This document shows positions 25,277 to 32,000 of a DNA stretch of 32,000 bases, one piece after another (positions within the stretch are counted from its first letter, which is position 1; each line of letters begins with the position of its first letter). A model generated the notes under the pieces. That model was not told where the DNA came from, searched no databases, and worked only from the letters and a program-made list of their open reading frames with translations. The translations under genes were made by a program, and so were the position numbers. The stretch comes from a bacterium (GTDB taxonomy: Bacteria; Bacillota; Clostridia; Christensenellales; Aristaeellaceae), in the NCBI GenBank assembly GCA_963624325.1, contig CAVFPH010000006.1, forward strand, positions 581-32,580. Reading direction: 5' to 3'.

Positions 25277-25960
25277 ATGAATAAAAGCGCAATGAAAAAG
25301 GCGCTGAAGCATTCTATTCCCATCCTGTGCAGCTATGTTTTTATTGCCATGGCTTACGGCATGCTGATGGCGGAAAACGGATACCCGTGGTACGCTGCCC
25401 TGCTGATCAGCGTGATTGTCTACACAGGTGCTTATCAGTTTGCCATGGTGTCGCTGCTGGCAAGCGGGGCAGGCATCGGTCTGGTTGCCGTAACGGCTTT
25501 ATTGATGAACAGCCGTCAGGCCTTTTACAGCCTGAGCTATATCGGCGATTTCCGCGCGATGGGGAAAAGGATGCCGTATATGGTTTATACCATGACGGAT
25601 GAAAGCTACGCGGTAAACTGCAGCCTGAGTCGGGATGATCCCGATCGGCAGGACGTAATGTATTATGTGGCAGTGCTGTGCCGCATCTATTGGCTGCTGG
25701 GCACTGTCCTGGGGGCGGCGGCGGGACAATCACTGCCTTTTGATCTGACGGGCATTGACTTTTGCATGACGGCGCTGTTTGTGATCCTCCTGATGGATCA
25801 GTGGGAGCACACCAAAAAGCATGCGCCGGCCTTGCTTGGCGGCGGCATTGCGATTGTCTGCCTGCTGATTTTCGGCAGCAGCAGTTTTATGCTGCCCGCC
25901 CTTTTGGCGACATCCGCGGCATTGCTGATTTTGAACAGGCAGGAGATGAAGCAGGCATGA
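25277..25960 (+). CDS. azlC: AzlC family branched-chain amino acid exporter subunit
   Basis: The product is a polytopic membrane protein with GMLMAENGYPW, VYTGAYQF and LLMNSRQAFYS. The ATG at 25277 has GGGAGG upstream. Confidence 0.8.
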   Translation: MNKSAMKKALKHSIPILCSYVFIAMAYGMLMAENGYPWYAALLISVIVYTGAYQFAMVSLLASGAGIGLVAVTALLMNSRQAFYSLSYIGDFRAMGKRMPYMVYTMTDESYAVNCSLSRDDPDRQDVMYYVAVLCRIYWLLGTVLGAAAGQSLPFDLTGIDFCMTALFVILLMDQWEHTKKHAPALLGGGIAIVCLLIFGSSSFMLPALLATSAALLILNRQEMKQA

Positions 25961-26277
25961 CCATGCATACGCTGGCCGTTATTCTGGTCAGTGCCCTTTG
26001 CACATTTGCAATGCGTGCCCTTCCCTTTGCATTGGTGCGCAAAGACAGCGCTGTGCCGCAGTGGCTGACCAAGCTGGGTGAGGCATTGCCCGCGGCCATC
26101 ATGGCCGTGCTGGTCATCTACTGTTTGAAGGATATTCCTTCGCAGTCCGCCGTGCAGACCATTCCGCAGCTGCTGGGCGTTATGATCGTGGTGCTTACAT
26201 ACCATTGGCGGCACAACACGCTGCTCAGCATTGTGCTCGGCACGGCAGGATATATGCTGATGATTCATTTGCTGTAA
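25957..26277 (+). CDS. azlD: AzlD family small membrane subunit
   Basis: The 106-aa hydrophobic protein (MTMHTLAVILVSALCTFAMRALPF...) starts at an ATG overlapping the azlC stop (ATGA), the usual azlCD arrangement. Confidence 0.75.
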   Translation: MTMHTLAVILVSALCTFAMRALPFALVRKDSAVPQWLTKLGEALPAAIMAVLVIYCLKDIPSQSAVQTIPQLLGVMIVVLTYHWRHNTLLSIVLGTAGYMLMIHLL

Positions 26278-26381
26278 TCGCGAAATGCATATTTTCAAAA
26301 TCAATAATGCCAAATCACCGCTGTACGTCGACAAAATACGGCAAAAAGCGGGAAGCCGAAAAATAAAACTTGCAAAATGTA

Positions 26382-26412
26382 TTGACTCTGCAACGATTGC
26401 AGAGTTTATGAT
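26382..26412 (+). promoter_or_regulatory. MerR-type promoter: 19-bp spacer containing a perfect dyad operator
   Basis: TTGACT (26382-26387), a 19-nt spacer, then TATGAT (26407-26412). The dyad ACTCTGCAA-cga-TTGCAGAGT (26385-26405) fills the spacer. The element lies 57 nt upstream of the MATE-MerR bicistron. Confidence 0.6.
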
Positions 26413-26468
26413 ACTTCGCGGGCAATCCCATTGATTTCTGCCAAGCAGGCAGAAAGGAGCGCATATCC

Positions 26469-27830
26469 ATGCAAAGAGACCTGACCCGCGGAAGCGTGCT
26501 GAAAAACATCATTTGCTATTCACTGCCGTATTTGCTGTCCTACTTTCTGCAGACCCTGTACGGAATGGCCGATCTGTTTATCATCGGCCAATATGAAGGC
26601 GTGGCAAGCACAACGGCTGTTTCTGTCGGCAGTCAGGTCATGCATGTCCTTACCGTCATCCTTGTGGGCATTACCATGGGCTCCACCGTGTCCATCGGAC
26701 AGGCTGTCGGCGCAAAGGAAAAAAGCAAAGCTGCCGACTGCATCGGCAACACAATCACGCTGTTTGCGGGCATTGTGCTGGTGCTGACGGCGGTGCTGGT
26801 GCTGTGCGCGCGTCCGGTTGCCTGCCTGATGTCCACGCCCGAGGCTGCGCTGAAGGGAACGGTTCAGTATCTTACCATCTGCTTTCTCGGCATTCCCTTC
26901 ATTGCGGCTTATAATATCATCAGCGCCGTTTTCCGCGGCATGGGGGATTCAAGACGCCCCATGCACTTTGTGGCGGTGGCCTGCGCGGCGAATATTGCAC
27001 TGGACTACCTGTTTATGGGGGCACTGCGCATGGGGCCTGTCGGCGCAGCGCTGGGCACGACGCTGGCACAGATGATCAGCGTGCTGACGGCATTGGCTGC
27101 ACTGCGCCGTCATCCGACGGAAATCCCCTTGACGGCAGGCAACCTGCGTCCCAAACGCGCGGTGCTGACGCGAATTTTGCGTATCGGCTTGCCGATTGCG
27201 GCCCAGGATGGGTTTATTCAGGTATCCTTCATCCTGATTACCATTCTGGCCAATCAGCGCGGCTTGACGGATGCCGCGGCGGTTGGCATTGTGGAAAAGA
27301 TTATCAGCTTTCTGTTCCTGATTCCCTCCTCCATGCTCTCGGCCGTATCCGCAATCGGAGCGCAAAACATCGGAGCGGGGAAGCCCGAACGCGCACGGAA
27401 AACGCTGGGATATGCCATTGCCATTGCCTGCACTGTCGGATTGGTAATTGTGATCTGGATTCAGTTTACGGCGCAGGACGTTGTCTCCCTGTTTACCAAG
27501 GATGAGGCGGTTGCGGCGGCAGGCGGAGACTATCTGCGCAGCTATATCTGGGACAGCTTCTTTGCCGGGGTGCAGTTCAGCTTCAGCGGATACTTCTGTG
27601 CCTGCGGAAAATCGGGGCTTTCCTTCCTGCATAATTTCCTGTCCATCATTCTTGTCCGCATTCCCGGCGCATTTTTTGCCTGCAGGCACTTCCCTGATAC
27701 CCTGTTTCCCATGGGGCTTGCCTCGGCAGGCGGTTCCCTTCTGTCCATCATCATCTGCGTGATTGCGTATGCGATGCTGCGCCGCACAGAAAGCATGAAA
27801 CGCAAGGAGATCGAAAATGGGTTCGCCTAA
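26469..27830 (+). CDS. MATE family efflux transporter (paralogue 2)
   Basis: The N-terminus VLKNIICYSLPYLLSYFLQTLYGMADLFIIGQ is typical of MATE proteins. A GDSRRPMHF loop is present and the protein is about 12-TM. The RBS is AAAGGAG. Confidence 0.85.
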   Translation: MQRDLTRGSVLKNIICYSLPYLLSYFLQTLYGMADLFIIGQYEGVASTTAVSVGSQVMHVLTVILVGITMGSTVSIGQAVGAKEKSKAADCIGNTITLFAGIVLVLTAVLVLCARPVACLMSTPEAALKGTVQYLTICFLGIPFIAAYNIISAVFRGMGDSRRPMHFVAVACAANIALDYLFMGALRMGPVGAALGTTLAQMISVLTALAALRRHPTEIPLTAGNLRPKRAVLTRILRIGLPIAAQDGFIQVSFILITILANQRGLTDAAAVGIVEKIISFLFLIPSSMLSAVSAIGAQNIGAGKPERARKTLGYAIAIACTVGLVIVIWIQFTAQDVVSLFTKDEAVAAAGGDYLRSYIWDSFFAGVQFSFSGYFCACGKSGLSFLHNFLSIILVRIPGAFFACRHFPDTLFPMGLASAGGSLLSIIICVIAYAMLRRTESMKRKEIENGFA

Positions 27831-28647
27831 GCTTTTTCGGATCGGTGAAATCGCGCGGCTGTTTCATCTGAGCGTCAGCAGCATTCGGCACTATGAGCAC
27901 CTGGGACTTTTGACGCCCGAATATACCGACCCGGAATCGGGCTATCGGTATTATACGGAACGGCAATTTGAGGTATTCAATACCATCCGCTATCTGCGGG
28001 CTTTGGACATGCCACTGGAGGAGATTGCGGATTTCCTCAAAAACCGTGATGTGGACAACATAGAAAACAAGCTGCGTCAGCAAATGGAAACGGTTGTGCA
28101 AAAACGGCAGGAGCTGCAGCGGATTGAACGGAAAATCGATAATCGTCTGCAGCAGCTTCGCTATGCGCAGACGGCAGCGCTTGGGCAGATTTCCCTGATC
28201 CGCACGCCGCCCTGCCGCCTGTTTCAGCTAAGCGAATCCCTGCGCATTCGGGAATACCGCGATATGGAAATGCCTACCAGCCGCCTGGCGCAGGCGCATG
28301 GGGAGGCGGCGGTGTTTCTCGGCAAGGTCGGCGTAAGCATATCGCGCGATCACCTGCTGGAGGGGCGGCTTGAGGAGTACGACGGCGTTTTTCTGGTGCT
28401 GGATGATGAAGACAGCTTTGAGGAAAAGACGACATTCCTTCCCGAAACAATGTGCGTCAGTGTATGCTTCCGCGGCAGTCATCCGCAGGCACCGGAGCAG
28501 TATCGCCGGCTGATCCGCTATATTTCGGATCATGATTTGGCGATTTGCGGCTTCTCGCGGGAGATTACGATCATAGATTACGGCCTGACGCAGGATACGG
28601 ATAAATTTGTGACCGAGATCAAAATCCCGGTGGAGCAGAAAAAATAA
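27817..28647 (+). CDS. MerR family transcriptional regulator with a C-terminal GyrI-like effector-binding domain (BmrR-like architecture)
   Basis: The MerR HTH is FRIGEIARLFHLSVSSIRHYEHLGLLTPEYTDPESGYRYY. A coiled-coil linker follows, and the C-terminal ~150 aa look GyrI-like. The start overlaps the MATE gene by 14 nt and is preceded by AAGGAG. Confidence 0.85.
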   Translation: MGSPKLFRIGEIARLFHLSVSSIRHYEHLGLLTPEYTDPESGYRYYTERQFEVFNTIRYLRALDMPLEEIADFLKNRDVDNIENKLRQQMETVVQKRQELQRIERKIDNRLQQLRYAQTAALGQISLIRTPPCRLFQLSESLRIREYRDMEMPTSRLAQAHGEAAVFLGKVGVSISRDHLLEGRLEEYDGVFLVLDDEDSFEEKTTFLPETMCVSVCFRGSHPQAPEQYRRLIRYISDHDLAICGFSREITIIDYGLTQDTDKFVTEIKIPVEQKK

Positions 28648-28674
28648 AACCCCTTCCGGCAAAGCGAAAGGGGG
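28639..28674 (-). terminator. Intrinsic terminator after the fumarase beta-subunit gene
   Basis: Minus strand CCCCTTTCG-ctttgc-CGGAAGGGG forms a 9-bp stem with one G-U pair, followed by TTTTATTTTTT. The U-tract overlaps the last codons of the convergent merR-like gene. Confidence 0.6.
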
Positions 28675-28685
28675 CAGCATATAAA

Positions 28686-29237
28686 CTATTCCGGACAATA
28701 CTGTTTCGGGCCGATTTCGTACAGGTTTTGCCCCAGACTGTCAATAATGACCAGCGCCGGAAAATCGACCACGGTGAAACGGTGAATGGCCTCGGCACCA
28801 AGGTCCTCATAGGCAATCACTTCGCTGTGGGTGATATGGCGGGCAATCAAGGCGGCGGCGCCGCCGACAGCCCCAAAGTACACCGCGCCGTGATGAACCA
28901 GGCTGTCAATGACGGCCTGACTGCGCTTGCCCTTGCCCATCATGCCCAGCAAACCGGCATCCAGCAAAGCGGGCGTGTAGGCGTCCATGCGATAGCTGGT
29001 GGTTGGGCCGGCTGCGCCTACCGCATGACCGGGAGAAGCGGGCGCAGGACCGACATAATAGATCAGCTGGCCGCGAATGTCAAAGGGAAGCGGGCGGTTT
29101 TCCGATAGACTCTGCACCAGGCGCTTGTGCGCAGCATCCCGCGCAGTGTATAGATCCCCGCTGAAAAGCACTTCGTCCCCTGCCCGCAGGGAAGATAGGG
29201 CTTCGCGCGTCAAGGGCAGCTGTATATGAATCTGCAC
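28686..29237 (-). CDS. Class I (Fe-S) fumarate hydratase / tartrate dehydratase, beta subunit
   Basis: The 183-aa product carries LFSGDLYTARDAAHKRL, GPTTSYRMD and MMGKGKRS, typical of the C-terminal-domain subunit of Fe-S hydro-lyases. Confidence 0.85.
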   Translation of the reverse strand: MQIHIQLPLTREALSSLRAGDEVLFSGDLYTARDAAHKRLVQSLSENRPLPFDIRGQLIYYVGPAPASPGHAVGAAGPTTSYRMDAYTPALLDAGLLGMMGKGKRSQAVIDSLVHHGAVYFGAVGGAAALIARHITHSEVIAYEDLGAEAIHRFTVVDFPALVIIDSLGQNLYEIGPKQYCPE

Positions 29238-29252
29238 CGTAAAACCCCCTTT

Positions 29253-30098
29253 TTACAGGACGATATGCGCATGCCGCGCAGCGTGGCAGCACATATTGAC
29301 CGCAACCGGCATGCCGGCGATATGCGTAGGCGCGGCGGCAATATTGACCTTCAGCGCCGTGCAGTGTCCGCCGATCCCCGCAGGGCCGATGCCCAGGCGG
29401 TTGATGCGGCGCAGAATTTCTTCTTCCAGCTTCGCATAGCGCTCATCCGGATTGACTGTATTCAGCGCGCGCGCCGTCATGCGCTTGGCCAGCAGGGCTG
29501 CCTGCTCCATCGTGCCGCCGATGCCAACCCCCACAATGACGGGCGGACAGGGGTTCGGCCCTGCCTGCCGCACCGTATTTACCACAAAGTCAATCACGCC
29601 CGCTTCCCCGTCGGCGGGAACAAGCATTTTGACCTGCGACATGTTTTCGCTTCCAAAGCCCTTCAGGGTAATCAGGATATCCACTTGCTCGCCGGGAACA
29701 ATGCGGGTATGCACAACGGCGGGCGTGTTGTCGCGCGTGTTGACGCGGTCATAGAGCGGATCCCGCACAACGCTCTTGCGCAGATATCCGTCTGCATAGG
29801 CACGGCGAACCGCACTGTTCAGCGTTTCGATCAGATCACCGCCGGCAATGTGCACATCTTGCCCGATATCCAAAAAGATCACGCACATGCCGGTATCCTG
29901 GCAGATGGCAACATGCTCCTCGGCGGCGATGCGGTAATTTTCCAGCAGCTGATCCAGCACGGACTGACCGGTGGGGGAGGGTTCCTCCTGCCGATAGCGC
30001 TGAACCGCATCGCATACATCCGCCCCGATCTTGTAGCTGGCATCCAGAATCAAATCGTACACAGCCTGCTCAATTTGGGCTGCCTGTATTTCGCGCAT
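29253..30098 (-). CDS. Class I (Fe-S) fumarate hydratase / tartrate dehydratase, alpha subunit
   Basis: The 281-aa product carries ICQDTGM (cluster-ligand context), GVGIGGT and NMCCHA. The ATG at 30098 has AAAGGAGG upstream. The gene lies 15 nt upstream of the beta subunit. Confidence 0.85.
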   Translation of the reverse strand: MREIQAAQIEQAVYDLILDASYKIGADVCDAVQRYRQEEPSPTGQSVLDQLLENYRIAAEEHVAICQDTGMCVIFLDIGQDVHIAGGDLIETLNSAVRRAYADGYLRKSVVRDPLYDRVNTRDNTPAVVHTRIVPGEQVDILITLKGFGSENMSQVKMLVPADGEAGVIDFVVNTVRQAGPNPCPPVIVGVGIGGTMEQAALLAKRMTARALNTVNPDERYAKLEEEILRRINRLGIGPAGIGGHCTALKVNIAAAPTHIAGMPVAVNMCCHAARHAHIVL

Positions 30099-30126
30099 AT
30101 GAAAGCCTCCTTTGCGGCAGGGATGC

Positions 30127-31536
30127 TCAGGCGAGCTTCTTTTCAAGCCAGGCATCCTTCTTTACACGGCTGCTGAGCAGCGCCTGACGGACAAAGGCAT
30201 CGATTACAAACGCAATCCACGGACCCATGACCGAAATGTAATAGCCCGGCAGCGCCTGATCAATGGGATAGCAGAAAAGATAGGTCAGGATGGGCCGCAG
30301 CACTGTGACGCTCAGCAGGGCGCATACGGCAACATAGCGCACATCGCCCGCGCCGCGCAGACAGCCGGAGTAAATCACGCGGCCGTTCTGGGGCATCATG
30401 CCCAAAATCAGCACATAGAAGGACATGGTAGCGCCGGTGATGACGGACTCATCGGTGGTAAACAGCAGTGCCAGCTGACGCCGCAGGGCAAAGATGATAA
30501 TCATCAGTCCCAGCGACAGGACAATGCTGATTTTGCGGCATACCCTGGTATGCGCACGGGCAAGATCCTTGCGCTTGGCGCCCAGGCTTTGCCCTACCAG
30601 GGCCGTGCCGGCGCTTGCAACGCCGTCTCCCAATGTAAAGGACAGGGAGGAAACCTGGGATACAATCTGATATGCGGCAAATACCGCCGTACCCGCGCCC
30701 GCGACCATCTTGGCCGTAATGAAAAAGCCGATGCGCAGACACGCCGATTCCAGAATGGAGCCCGAGCCTACGCTGCCCAGGCTCTGCAGGGTGGTACGGT
30801 CAAACTTGGACAGCCCAAGATGGTAGTATCCGCCCTTGCGGCAGGCAAAGCGGATGGCAATCATGCAGGAAACAAACGTACCGCACACGGTGGCAATGGC
30901 CGCGCCGCGGACGCCGAGCTTGGGAAAACCGAGCTTGCCGTTGATGAGCACGTAATTCAGGCAGACATTTACCAGGTTGGCCGTGATGTTGGTGATCATG
31001 GTAATCTGCGTTTTGCCGATTGCGCGCATGGCGGCGCAGATGCAAAGCGACCAGCAGTTAAACAGCAGTCCCAGGCTGATAATCCGGAAGTAGGCTACGC
31101 TCATTTCCAGCGTATCCTCATTGGCCCCTGCAAGCTTCATCAGCCATTCCGCCCCGAAATAGCCGATCAGCGTCATCAAGATGCCAAGCACGGTGATCAG
31201 CCCCATCGACTGATTGAGGCAGGCATTTGCGCCCTTTTGATCATTTGCCCCCTTGCGGCGGGCACAAATGGCTGTCGTGCCCACGCAAAGCGCCTGCGCC
31301 ACAACCAGCAGAATCATACGCGGCTGCGTGGTCAAACCCACGCTTGCAATGGCAGCGGTGCCCAGCGTACCCACCATGGCGGTATCGACCGAGCTGATAA
31401 TGCTCATCAGTGCCCCTTCAATGGTGGAGGGCCATGCAATGGAAATATTCTCTTTGTAAAGCTTTACCGCTTCATCATGCGCAAGCGGCTTGCCGTCTGC
31501 CCCCGGGATGCGAAAAAAACGCTGTATAACGCCCAT
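30127..31536 (-). CDS. MATE family efflux transporter (paralogue 3)
   Basis: ISIAWPSTIEGALMSIISSVDTAMVG lies at the N-terminus, a GDVRYV loop is present, and the protein is about 12-TM. The start is uncertain (ATG at 31536 or 31551). The stop lies 28 nt upstream of the fumarase alpha gene. Confidence 0.8.
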   Translation of the reverse strand: MGVIQRFFRIPGADGKPLAHDEAVKLYKENISIAWPSTIEGALMSIISSVDTAMVGTLGTAAIASVGLTTQPRMILLVVAQALCVGTTAICARRKGANDQKGANACLNQSMGLITVLGILMTLIGYFGAEWLMKLAGANEDTLEMSVAYFRIISLGLLFNCWSLCICAAMRAIGKTQITMITNITANLVNVCLNYVLINGKLGFPKLGVRGAAIATVCGTFVSCMIAIRFACRKGGYYHLGLSKFDRTTLQSLGSVGSGSILESACLRIGFFITAKMVAGAGTAVFAAYQIVSQVSSLSFTLGDGVASAGTALVGQSLGAKRKDLARAHTRVCRKISIVLSLGLMIIIFALRRQLALLFTTDESVITGATMSFYVLILGMMPQNGRVIYSGCLRGAGDVRYVAVCALLSVTVLRPILTYLFCYPIDQALPGYYISVMGPWIAFVIDAFVRQALLSSRVKKDAWLEKKLA

Positions 31537-31641
31537 TAATTTGCATGCCATCCTTCTGAATATCAAAAAAACAGGAAAAGTATCGCACAAAAGCCAAATC
31601 GGCAATCCAAACCGAGGCCTCTGCACTCCCATACCATTCCC

Positions 31642-31670
31642 ATTATAGTACGAAACAATCAAACAGGCAA
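31642..31670 (-). promoter_or_regulatory. Candidate promoter for the MATE-3 / fumarase operon
   Basis: Minus strand reads TTGCCT (31670-31665), a 17-nt spacer, then TATAAT (31647-31642). Confidence 0.3.
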
Positions 31671-31695
31671 TGTAATTTTTGAAAGTAAATTGTAC

Positions 31696-32000
31696 TTACA
31701 ATGCACGGCAGATGCGCGCGACGGCCTCCTGCGTATCCTCGGCGGTACCGAAGGCGGTAAGCCGAAAATATCCCGAACCGCTGGGGCCGAACCCCTCGCC
31801 GGGTGTGCCGGCCACCTGCGCGTGTTCCAGCAGAAAATCCAAAAACTGCCAGCCCGAAATGCCGCCGGGCGTTTTCAGCCATACATAAGGCGCATCCACC
31901 CCGCCGAATACCTTCAGCCCCGCGCCGCGCAAGGCATTGCGGATCACGCGGGCGTTGTTCATATAGTAGTCGATATTATCCCGGCAGTCCCGCATGCCTT
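31696..32000 (-). CDS. dapL: LL-diaminopimelate aminotransferase, C-terminal ~100 codons (5' part lies outside the window)
   Basis: [53 protein letters not shown] matches the DapL C-terminus as I remember it (APY.W.KTP…SW.FFD.LL…V.GTPG.GFG..GEGY.R.SAFG). The frame stays open to the window edge. Confidence 0.8.
   Translation of the reverse strand, partial: GMRDCRDNIDYYMNNARVIRNALRGAGLKVFGGVDAPYVWLKTPGGISGWQFLDFLLEHAQVAGTPGEGFGPSGSGYFRLTAFGTAEDTQEAVARICRAL

Noticed and set aside
30112-31539. A 475-aa plus-strand ORF.
   Set aside because: It is antisense to MATE-3, rich in G/A/R/H/Q, not hydrophobic, and has no SD.
31537-31641. Possible riboswitch or attenuator in the ~100-nt MATE-3 leader, which contains a T7 run (minus strand).
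   Set aside because: I found no stable stem preceding the T7 run and no match to riboswitch cores I can recall (fluoride, guanidine). It is probably just an unstructured leader.
1-32000. Search for mobile elements, CRISPR arrays, prophage, toxin-antitoxin or known defence genes, and for tRNA, rRNA or other structured RNA genes.
   Set aside because: Every intergenic gap is 250 nt or shorter except the pseudogene region. No transposase, integrase or recombinase signatures were seen, no regularly spaced direct repeats, and no cloverleaf-like sequences. The GNAT at 10691 has no small antitoxin-like partner and is too long for a TacT/AtaT-type toxin.

Overview
This is a GC-rich, tightly packed chromosomal segment. 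It reads like core genome of a Gram-positive anaerobe, probably Clostridia or Oscillospiraceae-like. That guess rests on GGAGG-type Shine-Dalgarno sites, DegV, DapL, a two-subunit class I fumarase and a clostridial-type MurG N-terminus, and is inference only. I call 31 protein-coding genes (two cut by the window edges), one decayed gene remnant, several intrinsic terminators and a set of sigma-70-like promoters.

Gene order:
- proS (+), convergent with a minus-strand amidase / DEAD-box helicase / deoC operon.
- A plus-strand pair encoding a coiled-coil membrane protein and a PF06541-like membrane protein.
- MATE transporter no. 1.
- A roughly 6.5 kb plus-strand operon: NYN-LOTUS protein, GT2 polyprenyl-phosphate glycosyltransferase, DUF1858, di-iron ferritin-like protein, GNAT, DUF2156, murG, rRNA m5U methyltransferase.
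- A frameshifted and truncated alpha/beta-hydrolase remnant.
- pyrG (-).
- A livJ-H-(M-G fusion)-F type ABC operon (-).
- An orphan araB (+).
- degV (-), divergent from DUF1836-azlC-azlD (+).
- MATE no. 2 plus a MerR/GyrI-like regulator (+).
- MATE no. 3 plus fumarate hydratase alpha and beta subunits (-).
- The 3' end of dapL (-).

I recognised no rRNA, tRNA, CRISPR array, transposase, integrase, phage gene or known defence gene, so I cannot honestly point to a clear novel system. The best candidates for undescribed biology are:
1. The translationally coupled block of unknown-function genes (GT2, DUF1858, di-iron protein, GNAT, DUF2156) that feeds directly into murG.
2. Within that block, the DUF1858 (CxxC) plus di-iron four-helix-bundle pair, which looks like a split analogue of RIC/YtfE-type iron-centre repair proteins.
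3. A very clean MerR-type 19-bp-spacer operator/promoter in front of a MATE-MerR bicistron.

All coordinates were counted by hand. Product calls come from remembered family signatures, and no database search was run. The many long ORFs antisense to real genes are treated as GC-content artefacts.
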